Source: an uncultured Chloroflexia bacterium (lineage in GTDB: Bacteria; Chloroflexota; Ktedonobacteria; Ktedonobacterales; JADMIN01). Taken from it: 32,000 nucleotides of DNA. Location of the stretch: NCBI GenBank assembly GCA_963718915.1, contig CAVRAI010000004.1, forward strand, positions 600,001-632,000. Direction: 5' to 3'. Both the position numbers and the translations under genes were made by a program. This document shows, piece by piece, positions 1-8,967 of this stretch; within the stretch, counting starts at the first letter, position 1; each line of letters begins with the position of its first letter. The notes below the pieces were generated by a model. It was not told the DNA's origin. It did no database searches and was given only the letters and a program-made list of their open reading frames with translations.

Positions 1-53
1 ACGCGGACATGAATGGTAACGCTGGGCATAAATGATCCTTCTTCTCCAATCTC

Positions 54-1463
54 TTATTGCTGGTTTTGCGTTTCACTGGCGGACGTAGTACCTGCCTCTG
101 GACGGCGTGGCGGGCGTCTCCGGCCACGCGCCTGCCGCCGTTGTTCTTCAGCAGCCTTGAGCCGCGGCACGACCGTCTGCACATAGACAAATGAGACGGC
201 GAAGATAACGGCGGCGATGAGCAGCGGCAGCGGGGTGGGTGAGACAGCGGCGGCGATTCCCAGAAGTGTAAAGATCACAACGGTGAGTAGCGGAATCGTC
301 CAGCCGAACGGGATGCGGAATGAGCGCTCGCTATCGGGCTGGCGGCGGCGTAACTGGATGACGCAGAGGCCCGCGGCGGCGTAGATGAGCGCCTCGAGCA
401 CCGCGCCGATGAGAATCAGGATGTTGAACTCTCTGGTGATATCGATGATGATCGCGACCACTGCTGATGAACCTGCCAGAATCAGCACCGTCACCCACGG
501 CACGGCGCGCGCGAGACTGAGGCGAGCGAAGATCGGCGGCAGTGTCGCCTCGCGGGCGGCGGCGTAGAGGAAGCGAGACGCGGTGGCAAAGCCGCCATTG
601 AAGGTCATCACACCAGTAAACAGCGTTGCGATGAGCATCCAGATAACGCCAGCCTGGCCCAGTGTGGCGCGCCCCAGCAGCATCTGTGGCACGGGGCTGT
701 CTTTGAGCGCGTCGATGCCGACGAGGTTGGTGGCGGCTGCGGTGAAGAGCGCGTAGGAGACAAAAAGCAGCCCCAGCGAGATGAACATGCCGCGTGGGAT
801 GAGGCGTGTATCGGTCATCTCCTCCGAGAGCGGCGTCACCCACTCGAAGGCGGAGAAGACGAAGACGCCGACCGCGACGGCGTTGAGCAGGTTGCCGGGG
901 TTGCCAAGACCCGCCAGGGGCTGATGCAGCGTGAAGCCGTGGCGCGAGAGAGCGAGGATCGAGATAATTGCCAGCGAGACGAGCAGCGCGTAAGTGGTGA
1001 TGTCCTGAAGCAATCCGGCGATGCGTATGCCGAACAGGTTCGCGCCCGCGGCCAGCCCCAGAATCAGCAGTATCCAGAGAATCGCGGGCGTCTGCGGGAG
1101 GACATAGCTGACGGCGCTGCCGACGACATAGCTATCGGCGGCGATGACGGCGACGATGGTGAGCACGTAGGCGAACGAGATGGTGAGTGAGGTCTTCTCA
1201 TTGAAGGCGGCGCGCAGATACTGCCGGATGGCCGCCGCCGAAGGGTAGAGCGCGTTCAGCTCGGAGAAGCAGAAAGCTGCCAGTAGCGCTAGAGCGCCCG
1301 CGATCAGCAGCGCAATCCAGGCGGAGTCGCCCGCCATGTAGCTCGCAACCTGGATGCACGCCAGCAAACTGATGGCGGCATAGGCCAGGCCAGTGCTGGT
1401 CGAGACGATGGTGCGAAAGTGCAGGACGCGGCGAAGGGTAGGCGCGGAGGCCGATGCGCTCAT
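54..1463 (-). CDS. APC-superfamily amino acid/polyamine permease
   Basis: 469-aa ORF made almost entirely of hydrophobic helices (about 12 TM). It has an APC-like N-terminal region (FCFSELNALYPSAAA) and an Arg-rich polar C-terminal tail. ATG at 1463 with GGGGAG upstream. Confidence 0.85.
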   Translation of the reverse strand: MSASASAPTLRRVLHFRTIVSTSTGLAYAAISLLACIQVASYMAGDSAWIALLIAGALALLAAFCFSELNALYPSAAAIRQYLRAAFNEKTSLTISFAYVLTIVAVIAADSYVVGSAVSYVLPQTPAILWILLILGLAAGANLFGIRIAGLLQDITTYALLVSLAIISILALSRHGFTLHQPLAGLGNPGNLLNAVAVGVFVFSAFEWVTPLSEEMTDTRLIPRGMFISLGLLFVSYALFTAAATNLVGIDALKDSPVPQMLLGRATLGQAGVIWMLIATLFTGVMTFNGGFATASRFLYAAAREATLPPIFARLSLARAVPWVTVLILAGSSAVVAIIIDITREFNILILIGAVLEALIYAAAGLCVIQLRRRQPDSERSFRIPFGWTIPLLTVVIFTLLGIAAAVSPTPLPLLIAAVIFAVSFVYVQTVVPRLKAAEEQRRQARGRRRPPRRPEAGTTSASETQNQQ

Positions 1464-1644
1464 AGGCGGTGAATCTCCCCGAACAGGCGTGATGAGGGCA
1501 GTATTGCCCCAATGCTAGCACGGCTGTCCAGCGAATGGAGTGGGAGTGATGGCAGCGCATGACATCATTTGACTGTTCGGAATCAGGCCACAGACTGATG
1601 CCTGCTGTACGCTCGCCTCGGACCACCGCCATATGCGAACCAGC

Positions 1645-2532
1645 CTACCCCGCCACATACTTCTCCAGCAGCAGCGCGTAACGTTCGCGGGCGCTTGCCG
1701 GGATAACCGCCGCGTCGGTGATGATGGCGTTCGCCAGGGCGCTGGAGCAGCCGCAGAGTGAGGCAGAGCGGTCAGCAGGCAGTTTCCCGGCTACATCACG
1801 GATGATACGCTGGGCGTTGGCGACGTTCTTTTGCAGGTTGGCGATCACCATCTCCACCGTTACCGTCTCCTCGCTCTCGCGCCAGACATCGTAATCGGTG
1901 ATGCAGGCAATCGTCGCGTAGCATAGCTCCGCCTCACGCGCCAACTTCGCCTCAGGCAGCGCGGTCATGCCGATCAGGTCACAGCCAAGCTGACGATAGA
2001 TGCGCGACTCCGCCTTGGTCGAGAAAAGCGGCCCCTCGATGCAGACGAGTGTGCCGCCGCGATGGCTGGTCACGTCGTCCATGCCCGACATCGTCTCCCA
2101 GAGCAGGCCGCTCAGGTGCGGGCAGAACGGGTCGGCGAACGATGCATGGACGACCACGCCGCCCGCGAAGAACGTGCCAGGACGTAGCCTGGTGCGGTCG
2201 AAGATCTGATCGGGAATCACCAGGTGCAGCGGCGCGTAGTCCTCCCGTAGACTGCCGACGGCGCTCACCGAGAGCACCCACTGGACGCCCAGCCGCTTGA
2301 GCGCCCAAATGTTGGCGCGCGACGGTACCTCAGTCGGATTCAGTCGGTGGCCGCGCCCATGGCGGGGCAGAAACGCCAGCGAGACATTGCCCAGGCGTCC
2401 CACGGTGATGGCATCGCTAGGAGCGCCAAAGGGCGTCTCGACACGCACATCCTGCACGTCGCTCAGCCCCTCCATCTGGTAGAGGCCGCTCCCGCCGATG
2501 ACTCCAATCGACGCCTGTGGCAAATCAGCCAT
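1645..2532 (-). CDS. mtnP: S-methyl-5'-thioadenosine phosphorylase (purine nucleoside phosphorylase family 2)
   Basis: IGVIGGSGLY N-terminus, FLPRHGRGH phosphate-binding motif, and MTALPEAKLAREAELCYA near the C-terminus are typical MTAP. Start moved to ATG 2532, which has AGGGAGGG 4 nt upstream; the track start at 2550 is a TTG. Confidence 0.9.
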   Translation of the reverse strand: MADLPQASIGVIGGSGLYQMEGLSDVQDVRVETPFGAPSDAITVGRLGNVSLAFLPRHGRGHRLNPTEVPSRANIWALKRLGVQWVLSVSAVGSLREDYAPLHLVIPDQIFDRTRLRPGTFFAGGVVVHASFADPFCPHLSGLLWETMSGMDDVTSHRGGTLVCIEGPLFSTKAESRIYRQLGCDLIGMTALPEAKLAREAELCYATIACITDYDVWRESEETVTVEMVIANLQKNVANAQRIIRDVAGKLPADRSASLCGCSSALANAIITDAAVIPASARERYALLLEKYVAG

Positions 2533-2558
2533 CCTGCCCTCCCTGTTCAACGCTCATC

Positions 2559-3998
2559 CTATCGACCGTTCCACCCGTACACGCCGGGGACGTCCTCATC
2601 CGTGGATGTGACGACGAAGCGAATCGGCACCGTCTGATCGCCGCCGTTCGTGCGAATCGCTACATGGCAGACGTACTGACCCTCCTTCAGCCCGGCGGTA
2701 TCAATCACAATGTTCAGGCTGATGGTGTCGCCCGCGATCTTCTTCGGCGAGACACGTAGACATGCGGCGTTGGTCTCAACCTGACCACTCAGCGCGCCCT
2801 CCCCGCGATTGGCGACCTCCAACGGAAACGTTGCCGAGCCGCCAGCCGCGATGTACCCGGCGTCAAGCCGTAGCGGACGCACCGAAAGCCGAGGGGGTAT
2901 GGCGTCTTTCTGTAGACTGCCGTTGCTGGTATTGCCGCTGGAACTCCCTTTCGCCCGGCTCGCCGGCGCGCCTGTAGGTTGGCGCGGACGCTTTGGCAGC
3001 GTGTCGGGTATTGGTGTTGGGATGGGATGCCGCCCGCTAGATGATCGGGCGCCCGAACGGTCAGCCCAGATAGTCGCCTCTAGCGCCTCACCCATCTTTT
3101 CCGCGGAGACGAAGCGATCAGCAGGCGCGAGATTCATCGCTTGCTGGATGATGCGCTCGACTGGCTCAGGTATAGTGGCCACGTGAGCACGCAGCGCCGT
3201 GAGCGGCTGGCCATTCATCCGTTGCGGCGCCGATTCAGGCACACGTCCGGTCATCAGATGGTAGAGCGTTGCACCGAGGGCGTACAGGTCGGAACGCGGC
3301 TCGGAACGCCCAGCATATTGCTCTGGCGGCGCGTAGCCATCAGTTCCAAGTTGCGTCGTATCGCGCGAGCGGGCTGAGTAGAACCAGCGCGCGATGCCGA
3401 AGTCGATCAGTTTTATCTGACCATCGGGGGTAATCATCACATTGGGCGGTTTGAGGTCGCGATAGACGATGGGCGGCTGCTGCTGATGCAGGTAGGCCAG
3501 CACACCACAAAGCGTCAAGCCCCATTCGACGGCGCGCCTCCATTCGATGGGGTGTTGCAGCGCCATCATCTCATCTTCGAGGGTGTATCCGGGCACGTAT
3601 TCCATCACGAGGTAGTGGTGGCCATCCTCGACAAAGATGTCGCGGACACGCGCCAGCGCGGGGTGGTTGAGCGCCGCGAGCATGCGCTCCTCGCGCATAA
3701 AGCCGTTGATAGCGGTATCGCGCTCTTCGGTGGTCTGTTGCGTCTCGCGCATCTCTTTGAGGGCGACTAATATGCCGTCGTCCAGGGTATCGCGTGCGAG
3801 ATAGACGGCGCTGTGGCCGCCCTGAGCGAGCTTGTGATCGATGAAATAGCGCTGGCGTAACAGCGCGCCGGGAGGGATCTGGCCGGGTCTGTGAAGGGCT
3901 GTCTGGTGTCCCTGTATGCTGACTCCACAGCCTGGACAAAAGAGCGCATCTGGTGGGAGGCGATGGCCACACCGTGCGCAGGAAACGTCTGACTCCAT
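2559..3998 (-). CDS. Ser/Thr protein kinase with N-terminal zinc ribbon and C-terminal beta-sandwich-like domain, no TM segment
   Basis: CARCGHRLPPDALFCPGCG (CxxC-x11-CxxC). Hanks kinase motifs are present: VALKEM, YRDLKPPN, DFGIAR, GTDGYAPPE. There is a Pro/Ser/Gly-rich linker. The C-terminal ~95 aa has an alternating beta pattern (SATFPLEVANRGEGALSG...VPIRFVV). Start set at ATG 3998 (AGGAG 5 nt upstream); upstream in-frame starts at 4094/4154 are possible. Confidence 0.85.
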   Translation of the reverse strand: MESDVSCARCGHRLPPDALFCPGCGVSIQGHQTALHRPGQIPPGALLRQRYFIDHKLAQGGHSAVYLARDTLDDGILVALKEMRETQQTTEERDTAINGFMREERMLAALNHPALARVRDIFVEDGHHYLVMEYVPGYTLEDEMMALQHPIEWRRAVEWGLTLCGVLAYLHQQQPPIVYRDLKPPNVMITPDGQIKLIDFGIARWFYSARSRDTTQLGTDGYAPPEQYAGRSEPRSDLYALGATLYHLMTGRVPESAPQRMNGQPLTALRAHVATIPEPVERIIQQAMNLAPADRFVSAEKMGEALEATIWADRSGARSSSGRHPIPTPIPDTLPKRPRQPTGAPASRAKGSSSGNTSNGSLQKDAIPPRLSVRPLRLDAGYIAAGGSATFPLEVANRGEGALSGQVETNAACLRVSPKKIAGDTISLNIVIDTAGLKEGQYVCHVAIRTNGGDQTVPIRFVVTSTDEDVPGVYGWNGR

Positions 3999-4017
3999 GC
4001 CAGCTCCTGCCGGGTCG

Positions 4018-4044
4018 GAGAACGCCGGATTGGCCGGTGTTCTC
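4018..4044. other. 11-bp stem hairpin just upstream of the kinase RBS
   Basis: GAGAACGCCGG-attgg-CCGGTGTTCTC: 10 Watson-Crick pairs plus one G-U, 5-nt loop. On the minus strand it lies about 20 nt before ATG 3998. Confidence 0.4.
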
Positions 4045-4194
4045 AGCTTGGCGAACGTAGGTGGCGTGCGGTCGCCTGATTCCGCCGGGAGCATTGTAGC
4101 ATACTGTGGGCGTCTATTGGTAGCGATTGCTGACTGTCTGCGCGAGACCCGCATTCAAGCAGGGTGCATGCCAATATCGGCTGCCTTGTTTCGC

Positions 4195-4224
4195 TTGCTG
4201 TTGATCCGGCACATGTGCTACACT
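4195..4224 (+). promoter_or_regulatory. Candidate sigma70-type promoter for infC
   Basis: TTGCTG (4195-4200), 18-nt spacer, extended -10 TGcTACACT (-10 hexamer 4219-4224). Implies a ~135-nt leader. Confidence 0.35.
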
Positions 4225-4365
4225 TGATCAGATTGTAGGTGAGTCTGGGGAAAGCAGCCTGTCCATACGATTGATCCGCTAAGGCGCGCGCTCATGTGAG
4301 TGGCGAAGCCCTGGATTATTCTAGGGTAGCGGTGGGCAGAGCTTAGTACTGGAGGTTTTGCGTTT

Positions 4366-5073
4366 TTGGCTATCAACAGGGACTTTCGGGGAGACAACCG
4401 CGCACGGGAGACACGTGTCAATGAGCGAATTCGTGCGCGCGAGGTGCGGCTGATTGACGAAGACGGCCAGATGATCGGCGTCATGACATCTGGGCAGGCG
4501 CTATCCATGGCGCGCGAGCGCGGGCTGGATCTGGTTGAGGTGTCACCGATGGCGGCGCCGCCAGTCTGTAAGCTGCTGGACTACGGGCGGTTCAAGTACG
4601 AGCAGTCCAAGAAAGAGAATGAGGCCCGCAAACACCAGAAGGTCTCAGAACTGAAGGAAATTCGTCTGAGTCCGCGAACAGACGACCACGACCTTTCCGT
4701 CAAAGTGCGCAAGATCGAAGAGTTTCTCAGCGAGGGCGACAAGGTCAAGGTTGGTGTTCGGTTCCGCGGGCGCGAGTTGGCGCATCCTGAGCTTGGCCGT
4801 CAACTACTGGATAAAATTGTCGCTGCCCTGAAGAGTATCGCCGTGGTCGAACGCCCGCCGCTCATGGAGGGCAAGATTATGTCGTTGATTGTGACTCGCG
4901 CGCCCGGATGGGAGCCGCCGAAGAAAGTCGCTCCGATCCCGCGATCCCGCAAGAATAGTCACGGCCCCGCGACACAAGCCAGCGCTGCGGACGATGCATC
5001 CGCTGAAACCGAACAGTCATCGCAGCCCGCGCCGGTTCCTGTAGAAGATCAGGAAGACCAGGCCGAACTCTAA
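4366..5073 (+). CDS. infC: Translation initiation factor IF-3
   Basis: NERIRAREVRLIDEDGQ...PPVCKLLDYGRFKYEQSKKENEARK...VRFRGRELAHPELG aligns by eye with E. coli and B. subtilis IF-3 over both domains. TTG start at 4366 with GGAGG at 4351-4355. Has an extra ~55-aa acidic/polar C-terminal tail. Confidence 0.9.
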   Translation: MAINRDFRGDNRARETRVNERIRAREVRLIDEDGQMIGVMTSGQALSMARERGLDLVEVSPMAAPPVCKLLDYGRFKYEQSKKENEARKHQKVSELKEIRLSPRTDDHDLSVKVRKIEEFLSEGDKVKVGVRFRGRELAHPELGRQLLDKIVAALKSIAVVERPPLMEGKIMSLIVTRAPGWEPPKKVAPIPRSRKNSHGPATQASAADDASAETEQSSQPAPVPVEDQEDQAEL

Positions 5074-5120
5074 TAACCCGGCGCCCTGTGACACTAGTCG
5101 CCGTATCTATGACATCCCGG

Positions 5121-5156
5121 CAAAAACGGCCATGCAACACGACGTTGTATGGCCGT
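5121..5156 (-). terminator. Intrinsic terminator of the flavin reductase gene (hairpin shared with convergent infC)
   Basis: ACGGCCAT (5126-5133) pairs with ATGGCCGT (5149-5156), with inner CAAC/GTTG pairing. On the minus strand the stem is followed by TTTTTG. It starts 10 nt after the stop at 5167. Confidence 0.6.
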
Positions 5157-5166
5157 CGTCGTTCCC

Positions 5167-5643
5167 TCAGCCCGCGTGTTTGAAGCCCGCCGCCAGCATA
5201 GTGAGCGGCTCCGCCCGCCGCAGTACCGTTGCCCCTTCCACCTGAGCAAGGAGCAGTGTCGAGTCACCCGCGAGCATCTCGCCCCGCACCCGACACTCGA
5301 CATATGCTAGCCCCTCGGAAAGCACCGGGCATCCCGTCTCGCCCGCGCTAAACGTGAGGCCTTCTAACTTCTCTGGATGTTTATCGAAGGACTTTCCCAG
5401 TAGCCCGGCGAGGTCGCGCTGATCGGAAGCATAGATGTTGACGGCGAAGAGGCCGGTGCGGCGGATGATCGGCAGCGAGACAGAGTCATTCTCAATCGAG
5501 AGAACTACCAGCGGAGGATCGAACGATACTTGCGAAACCCAGTTCGCGGTAAAAGCGTTGTGTTGCTGCTCATCGCCCGTGGTGATGGCATACAGACCAT
5601 AGGTGAAGAGGCGCAGCGCCTCTTTTTTCGCGGCTTCGTCCAT
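5167..5643 (-). CDS. Flavin reductase-like (FMN-binding split-barrel) protein
   Basis: LRLFTYGLYAITT...FTANWVSQVSFDPPLVVLSI...GLFAVNI is the typical flavin reductase domain pattern. Start set to ATG 5643 (GGTGAGGA 5 nt upstream) rather than GTG 5655. Confidence 0.8.
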   Translation of the reverse strand: MDEAAKKEALRLFTYGLYAITTGDEQQHNAFTANWVSQVSFDPPLVVLSIENDSVSLPIIRRTGLFAVNIYASDQRDLAGLLGKSFDKHPEKLEGLTFSAGETGCPVLSEGLAYVECRVRGEMLAGDSTLLLAQVEGATVLRRAEPLTMLAAGFKHAG

Positions 5644-5762
5644 TAAATTCCTCACCTCTTCGCGCCAAACGATGTCTTGGCGATCATGTATCCCGATCCA
5701 CGCACAGGGCGCTGCGGCGCAGCAGACGACCTGTTGCGCACAAGTTCGTGCGGAGCGCTCCC

Positions 5763-5797
5763 TTGACCATGTTGGTCATGACGTGGCATACTATATC
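5763..5797 (+). promoter_or_regulatory. Candidate sufB promoter with palindrome over the -35
   Basis: TTGACC at 5763-5768. CATACT/TACTAT/TATATC -10 candidates at 5787-5797. Perfect inverted repeat TGACCA-tgt-TGGTCA at 5764-5778. Confidence 0.35.
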
Positions 5798-5883
5798 CTA
5801 GCAGGTTAGTCAGGATTAGCAAAGTATGTGGCTCTCGCGTTGCGTAAATCTGGCGTCGGCGTGTTCGGATCGCATTCGATTCA

Positions 5884-5905
5884 CTGGTGGATGCCTGGTG
5901 GATGC
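5884..5905. repeat. Perfect tandem duplication of an 11-mer (CTGGTGGATGC x2) in the sufB leader
   Basis: 5884-5894 and 5895-5905 are identical. The repeat lies 60 nt upstream of the sufB start. Confidence 0.9.
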
Positions 5906-5964
5906 TGTGGGTATTCCCAACAGTTCAGACACTCCAGTGCCTGCGGTCAAGTGGAGGCAGAATA

Positions 5965-7371
5965 GTGGCAACTGATACAGCAGTCGGCAACGACCTCGAA
6001 CAATATAAGTGGGGCTTTAGCAAGCCTGAGAACTATGTCTTCAAGTCTCGCAAGGGTCTGTCGCACGAGATTGTCGAGGAGATTAGCCAGCTCAAGGGCG
6101 AGCCGCAATGGATGCGCGACTTCCGTCATAAGAGCCTCGATCTTTTCCTGAAGCGCCCAATGCCCACCTGGGGTGGCGACCTCAGCAACATTGACCTTGA
6201 CGACATCTACTACTACATCAAGCCGACGGAGCAGGCCGGGGCAACCTGGGAAGACCTGCCCGAGGAAATCAAGGACACCTTTGAGAAACTGGGCATTCCC
6301 GAGGCGGAGCGCAAGTATCTCGCTGGTGTAGGCGCGCAGTATGAATCTGAGGTGATCTACCACAAGGTACGCGAGGATCTGGAGCGCCAGGGTGTCATCT
6401 TCGTCGATCCAAATACCGCCTTGCGCGAGCACGAAGACCTCTTCCGCAAGTATTTCGCGACGATCATCCCGCCGAACGATAACAAGTTCTCTGCCCTCAA
6501 CAGCGCGGTCTGGAGCGGCGGCAGCTTCATCTACGTGCCGAAGGGCGTGCGCATCGAGATTCCGCTTCAGGCGTATTTCCGCATCAACGCCCAGAATATG
6601 GGACAGTTCGAGCGGACACTCATCATCGCCGACGAAGACAGTTACGTACATTATGTCGAAGGCTGCACGGCGCCAACCTACAGCTCAGATAGCCTGCACA
6701 GCGCCGTCGTGGAGATCATCGTCCACAAGAATGCGCGGGTACGCTACACCACCATTCAGAACTGGTCGAAGAACGTCTATAATCTCGTCACCAAGCGCGC
6801 CGTGGCCTATGAAGGCGCGACAATGGAATGGGTGGATGGCAATCTCGGGTCAAAATTGACCATGAAGTATCCCGCCGTCTGGCTGATGGGTGAGCATGCA
6901 CGTGGCGAGGTGTTGTCGGTCGCTTTTTCGAGCGATGGCCAGCACCAGGATGCGGGCGGCAAGGTCGTGCATGTCGCGCCGAATACCTCCTCGCAAATCG
7001 TCTCCAAGTCGATCTCGAAGGGCAGCGGACGCTCCACGTATCGCGGCTTGCTGAAGGTGAATAAGGGCGCCACGAATGTGAAATCCAACGTGCGCTGCGA
7101 TGCGCTGCTGCTGGATGAGGCGAGCCGAACCGACACCTATCCTTACATCGAAATCGAGGAAGAGGATGTCGAGATTGGCCACGAGGCAACCGTCTCCAAA
7201 GTGGGCGAGGAGCAACTCTTCTACCTGATGAGTCGTGGCCTCTCTGAGAGCGAAGCCTATACCATGATCGTGAGTGGCTTCATCGAGCCAATTGCCAAAG
7301 AGTTACCGTTGGAATATGCCGTTGAACTCAATCGGCTGATTCAGCTCGAAATGTCTGGCTCGGTTGGATAA
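5965..7371 (+). CDS. sufB: Fe-S cluster assembly scaffold SufB
   Basis: Highly conserved SufB sequence throughout (YKWGF..., [37 protein letters not shown]-like C-terminus). Start set to GTG 5965 with GGAGG at 5953-5957. Normal length, so no intein. Confidence 0.92.
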   Translation: MATDTAVGNDLEQYKWGFSKPENYVFKSRKGLSHEIVEEISQLKGEPQWMRDFRHKSLDLFLKRPMPTWGGDLSNIDLDDIYYYIKPTEQAGATWEDLPEEIKDTFEKLGIPEAERKYLAGVGAQYESEVIYHKVREDLERQGVIFVDPNTALREHEDLFRKYFATIIPPNDNKFSALNSAVWSGGSFIYVPKGVRIEIPLQAYFRINAQNMGQFERTLIIADEDSYVHYVEGCTAPTYSSDSLHSAVVEIIVHKNARVRYTTIQNWSKNVYNLVTKRAVAYEGATMEWVDGNLGSKLTMKYPAVWLMGEHARGEVLSVAFSSDGQHQDAGGKVVHVAPNTSSQIVSKSISKGSGRSTYRGLLKVNKGATNVKSNVRCDALLLDEASRTDTYPYIEIEEEDVEIGHEATVSKVGEEQLFYLMSRGLSESEAYTMIVSGFIEPIAKELPLEYAVELNRLIQLEMSGSVG

Positions 7372-7387
7372 ACCGCGCCTTCAAATT

Positions 7388-7419
7388 GTGCTGGCGGGTG
7401 ATATACCTGCTGCCAGCAC
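7388..7419 (+). other. Hairpin 17 nt after the sufB stop
   Basis: GTGCTGGC (7388-7395) pairs with GCCAGCAC (7412-7419), with additional inner pairs. No U-tract follows. Confidence 0.4.
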
Positions 7420-7503
7420 GGCTGGCATTCGGTAGCCTCCGTCGGGAGAGACGTACGACCAAACGAGTGAGACACGTTCGTAGGGTTCGGGATGGTTTCG
7501 GGC

Positions 7504-7534
7504 GGGGCGGCGCTGGCTGCTCCGCCTTTATTTT
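7504..7534 (+). terminator. Weak terminator/attenuator-like hairpin plus T-run between sufB and sufD
   Basis: GGCGG (7506-7510, or alternatively 7501-7505) pairs with CCGCC (7522-7526). It is followed by TTTATTTT (7527-7534), 35 nt before the sufD ATG. Confidence 0.3.
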
Positions 7535-7569
7535 CCGCGTGCGATTGTGTGTGCAAAGGGGATATTGTC

Positions 7570-8904
7570 ATGACTGCTCCTGTGGCCAGACGCGGCTTCA
7601 GCGAAGAGGCGATACACGCGCTGAATGAGCGGCAGGGCGAACCGGCATGGATGCGGGAACGCCGGTTGGAAGCCTGGAAGATCTACGAGAGCCTGCCAAT
7701 GCCAACTCGCCAGGACGAGGAGTGGCGGCGGACTGACCTGCGCGCGCTGAAGCTCGGTGACATCGCGCCGTTTGCCGAAGTGTCGGGAGCTACGACGAGC
7801 CTTCTGCCATCGTCTGAGCGCGATGAAGTGTTTGCGGGCGTACTTGGACTTCGTGATGGCGAGCAGGTCGAGCATCTGCTCCGTGACGACCTGAGTGGCA
7901 AAGGGGTCATCTTCACCGATCTGCGGACGGCTATCCGCGAGCACGGCGAGCTGGTGCGCAAGCACTTCATGACGCGCTGTGTGCCGCCGAGCGATAGCAA
8001 GTTCGCTGCGCTACATGGCGCATTCTGGCAGAACGGCGTCTTCCTCTACGTGCCCAGGGGGGTCGTCATCACCGAGCCGTTCCGCGTCATCATTTCCGCC
8101 GCACTACATCGCACTGCCAGCCTCACACATACGCTGGTGGTGCTGGATGAGGGGGCCCAGGCGACGCTCGTCGAAGATGCTGTCTCGGATGAGACGCCCG
8201 AGCAGGGGTTGAGCAGCCGGGTTGTCGAACTGATTCTCGAACGCGCGGCCGTTCTGCACTACGTCGGCACGCAGCGTTTGGGACGGGCGGTCTACGATTT
8301 TCATACCGAGCGGGTGCTGCTTGGGCGCGACACCACCGCAACGTTGCAGACCATCGAACTGGGCAGCCGCCTATCCAAGGGACGCGTCGAGGCGATTCTG
8401 GGGGGCGCAGGCGCTAGCGTCAAGCTGCTCGGGCTGTATATCGCCGACGGCAAGCAGCATATGGATCGCTATACCCTGCAAGATCATCGCGCCGCCAGTG
8501 GAACCAGTGATTTGCTGTATAAAGGGGTCGTCACCGATGAGGCGCGCTCGGTGTTCTCGGGGCTTATTCGCGTGACGCCTGAGGGCAAAGGGACAGCGGC
8601 CTATCAGCAGAATCGCAATCTTCTGCTCAGCCGTGCGGCGCGGGCCGACTCGATCCCAAATCTGGAGATCGGCGCAAATGATATTCTCGGCTGCACTCAC
8701 GGCGCGACAGTCGGCAAGGTGGACGAGGAGCAGCTCTTTTATCTGATGTGTCGTGGCCTCAGTCGAGTAGAGGCGACGCGGCTGATCGTCGAGGGTTTTG
8801 TGGATCCACTGGTAGCTATGGTACCCGTGACGGGGCTGCGTGATACATTGCGTCGCGAGATTGCGGCGCGTGTTGGCGAGGCCGAGACGGCGCGCGCGTC
8901 CTAG
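7570..8904 (+). CDS. sufD: Fe-S cluster assembly protein SufD
   Basis: N-terminus EPAWMRERRLEAWKIYESLPMPTRQDEEWRRTDL and C-terminus [37 protein letters not shown] are typical SufD. Start set to ATG 7570 (AAGGGG upstream). Confidence 0.88.
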   Translation: MTAPVARRGFSEEAIHALNERQGEPAWMRERRLEAWKIYESLPMPTRQDEEWRRTDLRALKLGDIAPFAEVSGATTSLLPSSERDEVFAGVLGLRDGEQVEHLLRDDLSGKGVIFTDLRTAIREHGELVRKHFMTRCVPPSDSKFAALHGAFWQNGVFLYVPRGVVITEPFRVIISAALHRTASLTHTLVVLDEGAQATLVEDAVSDETPEQGLSSRVVELILERAAVLHYVGTQRLGRAVYDFHTERVLLGRDTTATLQTIELGSRLSKGRVEAILGGAGASVKLLGLYIADGKQHMDRYTLQDHRAASGTSDLLYKGVVTDEARSVFSGLIRVTPEGKGTAAYQQNRNLLLSRAARADSIPNLEIGANDILGCTHGATVGKVDEEQLFYLMCRGLSRVEATRLIVEGFVDPLVAMVPVTGLRDTLRREIAARVGEAETARAS

Positions 8905-8967
8905 CGGTCATCTCATGCGGCGCCCGTTATGTGAACGATCATTGTGTTAAGTCAGGAGAGGAATGCC

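Noticed and set aside
1-28. Possible 5' end of a minus-strand gene (ATG at 28-26, AAGGA 6 nt upstream, MPSVTIHVR…) running out of the window
   Set aside because: Only 9 codons are visible, which is too little to call a feature.
1464-1644. 180-nt spacer upstream of the amino acid permease examined for a riboswitch or T-box
   Set aside because: I saw only short alternative 5-bp pairings (ATCAG/CTGAT versus CAGGC/GCCTG) and no motif I can assign to a known riboswitch class. A covariance-model scan would be needed.
5789-5799. Identical 11-mer TACTATATCCT at 5789-5799 (sufB promoter region) and 14471-14481 (hydrolase promoter region)
   Set aside because: Identical 11-mers are expected many times by chance in 32 kb, and about once even among the intergenic sequence alone. 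It most likely just reflects a shared -10-like TATAGT/TACTAT element.
5887-5964. N-terminal extensions of track ORFs: sufB from 5887, sufD from 7492, kinase from 4154, hydrolase from 14428, membrane protein from 10453
   Set aside because: In each case an internal in-frame start has a good GGAGG-type SD and matches where homologues begin. The extensions also cover hairpins or promoter-like sequence.
5947-6651. 234-aa minus-strand ORF inside sufB
   Set aside because: It is a shadow ORF of a very highly conserved gene.
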